The notes beneath the pieces are model-generated. The model was not told the origin of the DNA, did not search any database, and saw only the letters and a program-made list of their open reading frames with translations. From the NCBI GenBank assembly GCA_964016885.1, contig OZ024742.1, forward strand, positions 90,024,001 through 90,088,000: a DNA stretch of 64,000 nucleotides, written 5' to 3'. The position numbers and the translations under genes are program-made. Shown piece after piece: positions 24,630 through 38,690 of the stretch. Position 1 is the stretch's first letter; the number at the start of each line of letters is the position of its first letter. The DNA is from Eledone cirrhosa. Its lineage: Eukaryota.

Positions 24630-25599
24630 GGGAAGAAGACGCACGTGGTGGTAGAAGGTCATGAAATCGGTCCCGTAAGTTTTTGATTTTTAACATATTT
24701 AAATCAATTGTGAAATAACAATTCTTAGTACAAATGTTGCATAAACCACCGAATCAAGTCCCATAAAATTTTGGATCCATATTATATTGTTATATCGCTC
24801 AAATATTCAATTTTGTATTATATATTTTGTATTCAAAAAAGAAAATGGTTATAAAAGGAAGAAAACACACCCTGTCTACACTATATAGAACAGCCAAATA
24901 ACAGCAAATTTACAAACACCAGAAACTTGATACACCACCTACCCCATCACACTAAATATAACACCCAGATAAAGGCAATTTCACCACCACCACCACCACC
25001 AATCCCAGCATCATAATAATAATTACTATTATTATTGTCTCAAGTTTTAGCAAAATGTTTAATTCCAATTTTACGGGAATATGTCAACACAATATATATT
25101 AAACATACGCGACACAAACTCGTAGATACTACATATCACAAAACTCAGTAACGACAACGCCACCGCCGCCACCACTCCATCCATCATTGCTACCACTATC
25201 CCATCACCTCCGCCACCACTCCTTCATTGCTACCACCACTATTCCCCTGTTAACTTGAGAAAGGGGAAGGTGGCGGTATCACTAGACAAGGGAGAGGCTA
25301 GCAAAAGATATGAATAGATTGACTTAGTGACCTGGCCACCGGCCAAACGTCAACAACCATGGCACTGCTGGCTCACCCTTTCCTCACCAACAATATAAAA
25401 AGCCCCAGCACCACCACCGACATAGCCAACAACAATAACAGGCAACTTCAGCAAAAAGTATATTATATTATTGTAATGCACTGGGTGATTGCTGGCCTTG
25501 TGCCTGGAGTGGAGACAATTATTAATAATTTCATTCTTAAGCCACGCAATGCTCACATTAAGGAACCACTCATGATAATAACAATTTAAAAAAAACAAC

Positions 25600-28500
25600 A
25601 AAAAGAAAACCCCGTGACCAAGAAATACCGGGATGGCGGCCGGCGGGGAATAGCCGTGTCTCTAGGGGAGAACGACCCCTCTAATCTTGGTTGACACTCA
25701 TTCTAGAAGTGGTAACACGAAATGATTACCCCTTGGCGGATAAGGATAAAACGCGACAAAATAAAGTAAATGTCTAATGATAAAATCTCATACCGGATCG
25801 GCCGTCACCCGGGTAAAAAAGGGCCGCGTCCCTCAGAGAGGAACCAGACTGGGGTCGAAAAATCAGCTAATCGTTCAAACCTTCCCATCACTTCGGAGCT
25901 GGAGACCTTCCATAACCGGAATACTCCTACTGTTGGCCCTCCATGCTCACCACCAAGAAATCCAAAGAAAAAGAGAGAAAAATGGTCAAGGGAAGATAAT
26001 AAAGAAGTCCTTGAGGCTTTCTACACTGCCATGTACTACCCATCAAATACATCGAATACAGAACAGACATATATCAACTGGAAAAAGAAACATCCCGAAA
26101 ACAGAGGCTATATTGACAGTAACAAACTAGCCAATATACGAAGAAATATTGTAAGAAAAAATTGACTAACTGATATAGAAATTGATCAGATCAAGCTATT
26201 AGCACAAAGTCAGCGAAGGGAAAATGAAACATGTGTCAGTGAAAACGAGGTAAATTGTAACACTTCGAATCCCAGGGTTGGGGCGGAATCACTGGCAACA
26301 GAACAAATTAAAGAAAGGATCGAAAAAGTGGAGGGAGTGCATGCTAAAGATGAAACTCCAAATGAAAATAATGAGATCGTAAATGATAAAGAAATGAATG
26401 AGAATGAACTTGCCAACTTGAAGGATGAAATTATGATCGAATGGATGAAAATGAAAGAATCTGACATGGGGCAACGAGACACCCTCCCTAAGATCCAGAA
26501 CTCCAAACAGAAACAAAAGATAATACACAAGACTAACATAATTCTCAAAAACATTATCATCACAAACAAACTAAACATTACTGATTTAAATCATCTCTAT
26601 TATGCATCGGCTAAAGTCACCACTCACTTATCTGGAGTGAAGATGAAAAAACAAAGGAATTCCCACAAGAAATCTACTTGGCAAGAGAACATCAATCGCC
26701 AAATAAACCTTCTCCGATCTGACATAGAAATGTTAACAAACTATAAAATAGGTGAACATGTTAAACAAACTAAACTTAGAAAATTGAAAAAAAAGTACAG
26801 TATAAAATCAACAAGTGACATAGACATGCTGATAGAAATAATCAAGCAAAAGGGTCGGCCAAAGCTGCTCGTATAAGGCGCTTTGAAAAACGATCTATAA
26901 TGACAATAATATGTTCAAAAACAACCAAAGAAACTTCTACAGAGAAATTGGTAAGTCAACAATAACTGCTAAATCAATACCACCCAAGGAGGAAGTGCAA
27001 GAATTCTGGGAAAAGATCTGGGCCGAAGAAAAAGTTCATAACATACATGCCCCATGGATAGACAGACAAATGAAAGATACAGCTCACCTTGAGGAACAAA
27101 TATGGGAAAATATAACAGTTGAACAGTTGCGCTTGGCTCTAAGAAAAACCAGCAAATGGAAATCCCCAGGAAAAGACAAATACAAAACTTTTGGATAAAT
27201 GCCTTCACAGAGTCTCATGAGCTGTTAGCCCAACTTTACAATGAAATAGTTAAGGAGCCAGAAAAGATACCATCATGGTTAGTTAACGGCATTACATTCC
27301 TGCTTCCGAAGAATGATGAGACAAACAACCCCAAAAATTACAGACCGATAACCTGCTTGACCACAATGTATAAAATTTTAACATCAGTCCTAGCTGAATA
27401 CACATATGACCACCTGATAACAAATGACCTATTTCCCATTGAGCAGAAAGGGTGTAAACGAGGCTCATATGGCTGTAAGGATCAGCTTCTGGTTAACAAA
27501 ATGATACTGGAAGATTGTCATAATAGACACAAAAATCTATCGATTGCTTGGATAGATTATAAAAAAGCATTCGATAGTTTGCCACACAGTTGGATTGAAA
27601 AATGTTTAGAGATTTTCAAAATATCCCCAATTGTCAGGAGGTTTTTGTCTGAAGTATGAAGACATGGAAAACGACACTCCTTTTGAATAGTGAAACAAAA
27701 TCACTGGAAGCTGGAGTAGTTAATATTAATTGTGGAATTTTTCAGGTGTCTCTTTATCACCGCTTTTATTCTGCATCGCACTTATACCATTAAGTAAAAT
27801 GCTCAATGAAACAAAACATGGATATAAAGTCTATGACAAAACCATTATTCACTTGTTCTACATGGATGACCTGAAACTATTTGCAGAAAATGATGAACAA
27901 TTGCAAGGGCTATTATCCACTGTGGAGCAGTTCAGTGATGACATTAAAATGGAGTTTTCACTAGATAAATGCGTCAAAGCAACGTTCACCAGAGGGAAGC
28001 TGCTGAATAGTTCAGACATTAATCTTGATCGGGGGAACGTGATAAGAGAACTTGATCAAGAAAAAACTTACAAATATCTAGGTGTTTGTGAAGGAGACGG
28101 AATCAAGCACTCGACAATGAGGGAAAGGATAAGGAAGGAATGTTACCGCAAAGTAAGAGCAATCTTAAGAACGGAATTGAATGCAAGGAATAGGATCTAT
28201 GCCATAAACACGCTTGCCATACCAGTAGTAACCTACAGTTACAATGTCATCAACTGGTCAAGCACAGAGATCCGTAGGCTCGATACAAAAATTCGAAATT
28301 TCTTAACAATGCACAGAATGCATCACCCTAAGGCAGATACAGATAGAATATATCTCCCTAGGAAAGAAGGAGGACGTAGGTTAATCCAGTCAGACATTGC
28401 GTTGAAAACTGCAACAATTGGATTATCTACATATCTAAGGGAATCACATGATTGGATGATCAAACTCGTTTTGAAACACGAAAGCATCAAAAGATCATAT

Positions 28501-28628
28501 TCCATTAAAAAAGATGCACAAAGATACAGTAATGGACAACAAATTTCAGAAGTCCCATTTACTGTTGAATATGGAAAACACAGAAAAAGCAAAGCAGGTA
28601 AAAGTAACTGCAAAGAAGTAACTGCTAG
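25600..28628 (+). mobile_element. R4/Dong-like family A, copy A4 (intact 5' end, frameshifted, 3' part lost)
   Basis: The ORF starts at 25770 (MSNDKISY...) and is then collinear with A3 through the RT. It ends at the KELLQ position and is fused directly to B3. Confidence 0.9.
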
Positions 28629-31345
28629 ATTCGGTTGGAAATGGAGAGTGGAGTATGCCAGGCATACGAATCAGTGGGAAATGAATGTGAAGAGGTTGAG
28701 AGAACGGAGGAACCATCCGAAGCAGACAATAATCTGAATGCTGAAATAAATAATGCCTGGAACAAAGATACGGCCATTGAGGAGATGAATGCTGACGGGC
28801 TAGAACAAGATTTGGTTGATATACTAAACTTAATGGTAGATGAATTGAACAATGATAGTGGGAAACCTATGAACCTAAGATTTGTAGACAGGAAAAAGTT
28901 AAAAGAAACAACAGCTAAGGTAAACAAAGTCATCCCATACCTTGAGGCGAGGAGCCTTCACCAGTGCAACAATATCCTCAAAGCAACAGCAAATGCGGTG
29001 AGGAAATTACTTGGCATAAAAGCGAGAGGAAACAACAAACAAGAAAGATCAGAACCTTGGTGGAAGAAACGATTGAATGGTCAAATCAGGTAAATGAGAA
29101 ATGACATAGGAAAGCTTGTGTCACCACAGAATGGGACACTAAATAACATAGACACTAAAAATAGACTGGAAATAAAGTACAAAACTAGGAGGAAAAAGCT
29201 AAATATTATCATAGAGGAACTGAAGCAACGCATTGTAGCAAAGAGTGCAAAAATTAGGCGATACGAGAGCAGAGTCAGTCAGTATAGACAGAACCGCATG
29301 TTTGACAACAACCAGAAGATGCTGTTTGGACAGCTTGAGGGGAAATAAAGAGGCAACGACTTGATCCCTGAGGCGGAACAAACTAAGACATTCTGGAGAG
29401 AAATATGGGAGCAGAATGTTAAACGTAATGACCAGGCAGTGTGGATTGAGACAGTACAAAAGGAGATTAGTGAACAGGCACACCAACAAAGAGGAGACAC
29501 ACTGGTCTTGCCATGGGATGGATAGACTACAAAAAGGCATTTGACATGGTGCCTCATTCTTGGATCACCAAAAGCCTAGAGATCTTCAAGGTGGCAGATA
29601 ACATCAGACAGTTGTTAGGCAAATGTATGAATCCTGGAAAACAGTGTTAACATCAGCTGGCGAATGCTTGGGAGACGTGAAGATCAAGAGAGGTATCTTC
29701 CAAGGAGATAGTCTGTCCCCTCTGTTGTTTGTACTTGCCCTGATGCCTCTGACCATTATACTGCGAAAAGTGAGAGCAGGATACAAGTTGGGAAAGGGAG
29801 AGCTTACCATCAATCACCTCCTCTTCATGGACGATCTTAAGCTCTTCGAGAAGAGTGAGAAGGAGTTGGATGTGCTCGTTGACACTGTCCGTATTTTCAG
29901 CAATGATATATGTATGCATTTGGTATTAGTAAGTGTGAAGTCCTTGTGATGAAGAGGGGTAAATTGAGCAGAAGTAACGGAATCCAGGTACCAACAGGTG
30001 AGATGATAAAGGAAATTGACACTGAGGAGGGATACAAGTATTTGGGTGTTCTGGAGGCTGATGACATCAAGTACAAAAAAAATGAAGGAATTTATAAGAT
30101 CTGAATACATTCGGAGAGTAAGGAGCGTATTAAAGTCACATCTGAACAGTAGGAATGCCATAAATGCAGTAAATTCCCGAGCTGTGTCTATTATTTGGTA
30201 CAGTGCGGGAATTCTGAGATGGAATATTGCTGAACAAAAAGAAATGGATAGGAAGACTAGGAAGCTATTGACTATCTACAACATGTTCCACAAGAGGAGT
30301 GATGTCGATAGACTCTACTTAAGGAGATCTGAAGGTGGAAGAGATTTTATCAGCATAGAGGACCGTATTCAGATGGAGACAAACAACCTACACAAATACG
30401 TGACTGATAGTAAGAAGCCTATCCTCAGAATTGTACTGAAGGAGAGGACAATAGACCAGGGATGTCCAAGGAGGAAATAACAACAATGAGAAAGAGCAGC
30501 CTTCATGAAAATTCCCTTCATAGTTCCTTCTTTGAGAAAACTGAATTCAGAGATCCAGAGACATGGAACTGGTTGAAAAGAGGAGACCTTAAAAAGGCTA
30601 GAGAAGGAATGTTAATGGCTGCGCAAGAGCAGGCCCTCAAAACGAAGTGGTTGAAACACCATATTTACAAGCAGGAGGCTAGCCCACTGTGCAGGATCTG
30701 TGGAGAGAGAGAGGAGACTGGCTCACATTGTATCCGAGTGTAAACACCTAGCCCAGTCCCACTATAAGGGCTGGAGATATGATGTGATGGGCTGGAGATA
30801 TGATGTGATCCACTGGCACCTATGCAAAGTAAACAATTTACCACATTCTGAGAAGTGGTATGAGCATAAGCCAAAGTCGGTGAGAGAAAACGATCAGGTG
30901 AAGGTGCTGTGGGATTTTAGGATACAGACGGACAAGAAACTGGAGCACAATAGACCTGACCTGGTGGTTTTGGACAAGGAAAAAGATCGTGCCTGATTGT
31001 GGATGTGGCCTGCCCATTCGACACGAGAGTGCAAGAGAAGGAGAGGGAGAAAATTAACCGATACCAGGACTTAAAGTGGGAGGTAAAAAGGATTTGGAAC
31101 TGCCATGAAGTCAAAGTGGTCCCGATTGTCATAGGCGCACTAGGTACTATCTCAAAAGTTTCCAGGGATGGTTAAAGAAAATTGGCCCCGCCACGCTTTT
31201 TGGAACGCTTCAAAAGGCATGCTTGCTGGGAACAGCAAGAACCCTCCGATACATCCTGAATATCTGAATCTGCAGGTAGTGGCTTGATATTCATTTCAAC
31301 AAACTTTCCAGTTAACTAACATCAATGATTCAGACTCAAAGAACA
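28629..31345 (+). mobile_element. R4/Dong-like family B, degenerate copy B3 with internal deletion
   Basis: Collinear with B2 from about 21405. The B2 segment of about 22260-22683 is missing near 29490. It has many frameshifts and ends with the 3' UTR followed by (AAT)n. Confidence 0.88.
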
Positions 31346-31380
<35 letters not shown>

Positions 31381-31382
<2 letters not shown>

Positions 31383-34300
31383 TTTATTTATTAACCACAA
31401 GGGTTTACATAAAGTAGACATTAAGGCGAGTGCAGGACAATACAGGACGGTACAAATGGGCATTTCTGCGTTTAAAAAACAAAAACAGAGGATGTAACAA
31501 AAAATAACAATGAAAAATTCCCCAGTAGGGGGGAGTCTTCGGAGGGACATTTGTGGAGAAAGCCCAGTAAAAGGCCACAGTGACCCTGACCACCAAGGCA
31601 AGTGCCCTCTCCCAGTTTTCCACCTTTAATTTACAGATACGTACTCAGAGTAGGCCCATTCACTCGGGCCATTCTTGCTTCTCTCACCCATCTTTCAACA
31701 AAATGCTGGGAAGAGAGCACTTCCCTCTCTACTCTGATTTTCCTTTTCAAATGAAATTTGAAAAAGTCAATCAGGGCATCACCGAAGAGGTAAGTGCTCG
31801 TCTTCAGCCCTTTCAAACGTGTCCACCATACTATCTCTTTCGCCATGGCCACCAGACAGATAAAAAGTGCCTGCCCTTCCCGGCTAAAGGAAGAGGGCAG
31901 GGCAATCCTCACGATGGACTCAGATGATAGCCGGATGCGTCCTACACGCGACAGCAGTGTCCGACATAAACCCACAAGTCAGCAATTTTCGGACACTGGA
32001 CGAGTGCGTGCATGACGGTTTCGTCGCCCTGCGCACATCTCCGACATGCCCGGCTGACGGCACCTCCATGCCTGTAGAGTTTATCCCGAATTGGCAAGGC
32101 TCCTCGGTAGCACTGCCAGGCCAGAGATTTCTGGAAATTGTCCATAGGTTGCGGTCCGAAAGTTCTTCCGAAGAGATTGGCTAGTTGATTTTCGTCGACG
32201 CCTAGAGTTTCCCCAAGTACGTCGTCGCTCTTCCCCTCCACTAATCCTCTATAGAACGCCGAGGTGGAGTTTCCACCGATCACATTGCCCGATTGGTCGA
32301 GGGCTGTGAGCGCCTGAAGACATTCCAGTCTCCAGCCGCTCCCTCTCGGTCTTCGCTTGATCCAGGACTGCAGCTCCGTCAAGGAAACGAGCTGGGGAAA
32401 TACGCGTCCAGCAAACGGCGACCATACCTGATCACCGCCGAGGAAGAGGTGGAGATGTCGTAACCTGAGCGCGTGTCTGCGCATCATCAGCCACGGCATG
32501 CCCAGCCCTCCACGTAGCGGGTGTTGACAGCAGATGGACCCCCTGACCATCGGAGCGCGTCCCTTCCACAAAAAGCGAAAGAGCAAACGCTCCAGCGCAG
32601 TCAGCGGGGCTTAGGACAAGGTACGACGGTCAGGCGGTAGCAGATGACAGACGCGATGTACGCGTTAGCCACCTCCGCTCGACCTTTCAGGGATAGCTTC
32701 CTCTCCGCCCATTTCTGGGTGAGAGAAGCCACCCTGCTCGTCACCTCGTCCCAGTTTTTGTCCGTCTGGAGGTCCGGACCGAACCAGACCCCTAGCAATT
32801 TAACCGGTCTGTCCGTCCTGCGTCCGACGACGCTGTTGGACGGCATTGACCTGCCTCTCCAGGTGCCGAGCTTCAGGCCCACTGACTTTTCCTGGTTGAT
32901 CATTGCTCCTGTCACCGCTTCGTATTCTCTTAGTGTAGTGCCGATCGCCTCGATGTGTTTGGCGTTCGACACCACTACGGTGACATCGTCCGCATATGCT
33001 GACACGGATCTTCCGCATCCTAGTTCGCGCGTGACGCCCTTCAACGTCTCCAGTTTGTGCAGTAATGTCTCGAGAGTCAATACGTACAAGAGGGACGAGA
33101 GGGGACATCCTTGGCGGACCGAGTGCATGATGTTGAACGGTTCGGAAAAGTGACCGTTCACTCTCACCACAGAGCAGATGTCGCTGTGCATGGCAACGAT
33201 CCAGCCTCTGAAGACGGGCCCAAAGCCAGCCGCCCTCAGGACTGCCGCTAGGTAACGATGGTCGACCCTATCGTAAGCTTTCTACTGATCTTAATTGATC
33301 AAGGACCCACCCGTGCCAGGTTCCTTAGCTACCCTCTCTACGATGTATCGCATGAGGTGGAGGTTGTCGTGGATGGATCTGTCGGGAATGGCGCATGTCT
33401 GAGCCTCTCCCACCAGACCACCAACGACAAGCGCCAGCCTCTTTGCTAGCACCTTGGCCAAAATCTTGAACTCTGTGTTTATCAGAGTTATGGACCTGAA
33501 ATTATCTATGTTATCCCCCTTGTTCGGATCCTTTCTCAGCAGTGCCACCGCTCCTCGGCTCACAGAGCTGCCAATTCTCCCGTTCTTTTGCCAGTTGCAG
33601 TAGACGTCCGCCAAGAGGCCTCCGAACAAGTCTGGATTCTGTACGTAAAGTTCATAGGGCAGACCATCCAAACCAGGCGATTTACCCCTTGTGCAGCCAG
33701 TCATTGCCTCCCGTACTTCAGCGGCTATTATCGGCTTTTCGCAACACTACCCCTCAGTGGCCGAGAGCCGCGGCAGTCCGTCGAGGTAGACACTAAAGTC
33801 GATCCCTCGACCCGGCCCACCGCTGCCCCCGAACAGCTGAGCGAAGTGTCTCTGAAAAGCTTCACATATTTACCCGGGACCGAGTAGCAAGCGCCCGTCG
33901 TGGTCCACCAAACACCGCATCGTGGCTTTGTTGCCACGACGCGCCTCCGCCACTCGGGTCCATTGAACGGCTTTCGTCCCCTCGTGTCTGAGAGCACGCA
34001 CCCTAGCTCTGACAACGCAGCCTTCGTGCTTTGCATTGAAGAATTGGTCAAGGGCCAATTTCGCCGCAAGCACGTCGGTCGCGATGCCTTTGCTAACCGC
34101 CTCGTCTAATTTTCTAACTAGTTCTCCCTCTGCTCTATTTTTCTCTATTGCTAAAGCCTTACTAAACCTAATGGATTCTATTCTAATCGCTCTTTTCAGA
34201 GCAAACCACCACTTGTTGTTGACGATGGCCCCCGTCAACGCCCGCTTAACTAGTTCGCTAATCCGGTCTCTGTAGGCCTTGCGCGCTGGTAAGGACGCGT

Positions 34301-36743
34301 TTAGCTTCCAGTAGCCGGGTCCTCGTCTATGAAGCCTATCTAAGTCAAGCACACAGATAACGAATTTGTGGTCCGTGTAGCTGACTATCTTGAATTGTGG
34401 ACAGCCTATGCTAAACCTATCTATTTCCCTACAAAATACTCTATCTAGATATGATCTGGATAACCCTATGCGATTTGTCCAAGTCCACATTGGCACATTC
34501 GGGATATCCAATCTGTACCTGTCAGTCAGTTCAAAACGCCTGAGCAGGTTGGTGAGGCTCTTGCACCCTCCACCCATATCCGCTATTCCCACACAGTCCC
34601 AGCGTGCATCTAAGATCCCGTTCCAGTCGCCCACTAACACTAAAGAGCGGGACGTTCCAAGAAAGGTCTCCAGACGCCGGAAGAAATCAGTTCGCCCTAT
34701 TCCTGTCGGAGCATAGATGGCCACTAGCCTGAAAGCTTGCCCGTCTCGGCTGGTCACGTCCAGCACCACCAACTTACCCTCTGGGTCCAGGAAAATGGCC
34801 CGTATGGCGAGATCCAAACCTCTCCGAAAAAGCACAGCAACTCCTCCCCCGATCCAGGACGGCTGGGAGATGCGTACACATCGTAGCCGCCGAAGATCGG
34901 TGCGAAGACCCGTGCTTCGGAGATTCTGGTCTCGCTGATGGCCACTACATCTATGTTTAGTGACCTGAGGTCGTTGAGCAGGTGACCCTGCTTCCATGAC
35001 GACCCCAAGCCACGCGCATTTATGCTGCCTATTCTGAGTGAGGTCATGTTTAAAATGGAGTGGAAAAGATGGGAAAGACCAGCCACCGTACTTTTCGTAG
35101 AGGAAGGATGGTTTTTCCATCCCTTTTCATTTTATCGTCTGGTGAAGGGACCGTTGAATCGTCCCTTCGGCTGGTCGTCGGCTCTTCTATGAGTATGTCC
35201 GAATATACTCTCCGGTTGAGAGTCCCTCCTAGGTCTCTGAAATCACCAACTGCGTTGGGGAATTTCATTTTAATGTTTGTGTATTGTTTCTGTGCTATTT
35301 TTACCAGTCCTATGTTCGTTGGCGTTTTGATTGGTGCTGGTATTATGTAGACGTGCTGTGAAATGTCTGTGTGTTCAATTATGTAAGTCATTAGTTTCTT
35401 GTAGTGTGTATTTATTGCCGTGCATTTGTTTTTCTGGAGGTGGGGTGTGGTTCTGCTATTTTCTTGTCGTTGTTGCTTGGTGTGTGTATTTTGTTGTTGT
35501 GTTTGCGATGTTGGTGCTTGTGGTGGTGGTGTTGAAGGTGTTGTTGTTGTTGGCGGTGGGGTTGTCGCCGGTGGTGATGGTGGTGCTAGTGTGGGTGGTG
35601 ATGGTGTTGGTGGTGTTGCTGCTGTGAGTCTCTTTGCAGTAGCCTTTACCCTTTTTCATTTCTTTCCTCCCTTTTCGAAGGCGACGATGCTCTGCTTCTG
35701 CGTTTGTGCCTTCTTACGACCTTTTGCCATCCCTCTCCCACCTCACACTCCATGTCTGATTCTGTGAGATCGGGGAGGTGTACCAGCTCCACTCTTTCAC
35801 TTGTTGTTGTTGGTGATGTTTGTAGTGGAGTCTCTGTTGCAGCTGTATTTGGTATTACTGTTGTTGTTGTTAATACTTCCACTGCTGCTGCTGTTATGGA
35901 TTTCCGTGGATCGGGTATGGGTGACACGGACCTATCGTTCCAGCTTGCCGCTTGTCCTGTTGCTGGTAGCCGTGGAGCCGGTTTCGGAAGGAGGGGGGTT
36001 TTCTCCTTTCTCAGGGTCTTCTCGTTGCAGAAGGCCCTGAGGTGAGTCTTCGATCCACAGCGAAAAGATTTCGGGCGTTTCCCCTCAACACTTTTGGGCA
36101 GTTGAGTGCCGTTATCGAAGTCTATCACATCCGGGATAGCTTCGATGCACTCCTGGTTGGTTTGGATTAACATTTCAATGGAGGTGCCGACCCAATCTTC
36201 TCTTACTTTTTTCTGTACTTACAGTACAGTTGTTTTGTCCTCGATTCCGACGAGGACAGACGCTGCCGCAGTAGGAGGGCACCAACACCATTTCCTCGCT
36301 CCGTAGGGTCACTAAGGATTGAGCCTTTGCCTCCTGGGGTGTGGCAAAAAGCATGTCTACGGTGGCATATTTCTTGCCTCGGGTGATATGCGTTTTCCGC
36401 TGCCACACAGACCCTAAGGCTTTTTATATTTGCGCCTCTGTGGCTCTTTGAACCCTACGGGATTTTGTGCTTACTGTACGGTACGTGACCGTACAGTGCT
36501 GTTGGGTTCCGAAAAGTTTTTCGGCTACCTTGCAGATTGCTCGGTGTCCGGTTTACGTCACCATCTTCTTCGCTTCCTGTAATTCCTCATTTGTTATGAG
36601 GATGGTTTCCAGGTTCTTTGCGATACCTGCAAATGAGATTGGTTTTTCTTTGCTGCTGTTGTGTTGTTGTTGTTGTTGTCGTCAGAGCTGCTGTTACTTT
36701 TGTTGTTGCTGCAGGTACTACGATTACTGCCGCCGCCGCTGTT

Positions 36744-36775
<32 letters not shown>

Positions 36776-37365
36776 TGTTGTTGTTGCTGTTGCTGCTAAT
36801 GCTGTTGTTGTTTATGCTGCTGCTGATGCTGTTGCGGCTGCTACTGTTGTTTTCCTTGTCACTGTTGCTGCTGCTGCTGTTATTACGGCTGATACTGCTA
36901 TTATTCATGATGTCAGACGAATGAAATGGGTTTTCGTATTTCCCGCACACCTTTTTCGTCGTTGTCGTCGTGGAGAAATGTTCCATAATTTTCACGTGAT
37001 TTTTCTTTACTGGCGTCGCTTGCTAAAGAGAAGGGAGGGAGAGAGACACATTTAGAGAAGGGAGGGAGAGAGACAATCTTCTCTCTACTGTAGTGACGAT
37101 TGAGGAAGAAGAAGACGGAATGAGTGGGAGTGACCGATGAAAATTCTTTTTCGTAGCCATGTTGTTTTTTTTTGTTTAAAATAAATATTGGGCACAAAAC
37201 CCCAATAAGCCGTTATTTAACCCCGAAGGGCCAAATAACGGGCAGATAGACCCCTCTCACGAGGAGCAGGGTGTTTTTGTCTGCAATTTGGTTAATTTAC
37301 AATTGTTATAGCGGTCAAAATTTACAATACCTTACAGAGCCGAGCCTCCGTCAACCATGGCATTC
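31381..37365 (-). mobile_element. Tx1/L1-clade retrotransposon, full-length decayed copy 2 (ORF1, APE, RT, C-terminal zinc-binding region)
   Basis: Motifs: SINARGL, GDWN, SYLDR, SYTDH, GPGYWKLN, KSPGLDGL, FRSITLINTEFKILAK, VRQGCPLS, AYADD, KLLGV and C..C...ET..HAL..C. The 3' end is AATAAA followed by (ATT)n on the element strand. The 5' end is identical to copy 1. Confidence 0.93.
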
Positions 37366-37389
37366 AATAATAATAATAATAATAATAAT

Positions 37390-38458
37390 GATTTCTTTAT
37401 TGGCCACAAGGGCTGACATCAAGGAAAAGATTACAGACGGCACAGGAGGGTAGAGGACGGTACAATGTTGGTTTTGTGCGTGTAAATATGTTTATTATTT
37501 ATATAAGAAAAGAAAAAATGACATAGAAACATATATATATATAAATAATAAAAATGAAAATTGAAACAAGCGCCCTCTCTCAATTTTTCCATTTCTCAAA
37601 CTACAGACGTATATTCAGAGCGGTCCCGTTCACTCGGACCATTCTCGCTACATTCACTCACATTTCAACAAACTTGCTGGAAGGCAGCAGTCGCCTCTCC
37701 ATCCTGATTTTCCTCTTCAAGTGAAACATGAAAAAGTTAATTAGGGATTCGCCGAAGAGGAGAGTGTCTGTATTTAACCCTTTCAACCTTGTCCACCACA
37801 CAATCTCTTTCGCCATGGTCACGAGGCAGATGAAAACCGCCTGCCCTTCCTCCTCGAGGTAAGACGGCGAGACCATCTGCACAATGGACTCGGATCGGAC
37901 CTACACGCGACAGCACCACGGTTTTGTCCATCTGCGCGCATCTCGGACAGGCTCGGCTGACGGCACTTCCGTGCCTGTAGAGCTTATCTCGAACTGGCAA
38001 CGCTCCCCGGTAGCACTACCAGACCAGGAATTTCTGGAAGTTATCCATAGAACGTGGACTGAAAGTTCTCCGGAAGAGAGCAAACAGCTGATTTTCTTCG
38101 ACGCCCAGGATCTCTCCGAGAACGTCGACGTTCTTCCTCTCCACTAGTCCTCTTTAGAACGCCGAGGTGGATGTTCCACCGATACTGATGCCCAGCTGGC
38201 AGAGGGCAGTGAGCGCCTGGAGACATTCCAGTTTCCAAGCGCTATCCCTCGAACTTTTCATGACCCAGGACTGCAGTTCCGTCAAGTAAACGAGCTGTGG
38301 GAAAACGTGCCTGGCGAACGACGACCACACCTGTTCACCGTCAAGGAAGCACAAGAAATGTTCCAGCCTCAACGCATGTTTGCGCATCATCAGCCATGGC
38401 ATGCCCAGTCCCCCATGCAACCGGTGTTGGCAGCAGATGGATCGTCTGACCACGGGAC
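37390..38458 (-). mobile_element. Tx1-like retrotransposon, diverged 5'-truncated copy 3
   Basis: MVRRSICCQHRLHGGLGMPWL and PVRDKLYRHGSAVSRACPRC match the C-terminus of copy 2. Flanked by (AAT)n. Confidence 0.85.
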
Positions 38459-38471
38459 ATTAATAATAATT

Positions 38472-38657
38472 GTTTCTACTTTTGGCACAAGGCCAGCAAA
38501 TTTCCAGTGTATTACTGGTACTTTATTTAATCGACCCCGTAAGGATGAAAGGCAAAGTTAACCTCGGTGGGATTTGAACTCAGACCATAAAGGGCCGTAA
38601 CTCTAAGCTGCAAAGCATGGCGTCCGACTCTCTACCGATACTGCCAATCCACCGCCC
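38472..38657 (-). mobile_element. tRNA-derived SINE
   Basis: A-box-like TGGCAGTATCGG, B-box GAGTTCAAATCC, core GCCTTTCATCCTTACGGGGTCGA..AAATAAAGTACCAGT and an (ATT)n tail. There are four or more copies in the window. Confidence 0.85.

Positions 38658-38689
<32 letters not shown>

Positions 38690-38690
<1 letters not shown>

Noticed and set aside
24630-25590. Spacer between B2 and A4 (possible non-autonomous element plus SINE tail at about 25473-25520)
   Set aside because: No termini or coding motifs that I can assign with confidence.
25600-25770. HDV-like ribozyme in the 5' UTRs of R4-like families A and B (also 20862-21064)
   Set aside because: GC-rich local stems are present, but I could not assemble P1/P1.1/P2/P3 with a catalytic C. 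A descriptor search is needed.
38472-38657. Bona fide tRNA genes at the SINE heads (also 55203, 58324, 58586, 48089)
   Set aside because: A/B boxes are present, but there is no full cloverleaf and each continues into a SINE core and tail.
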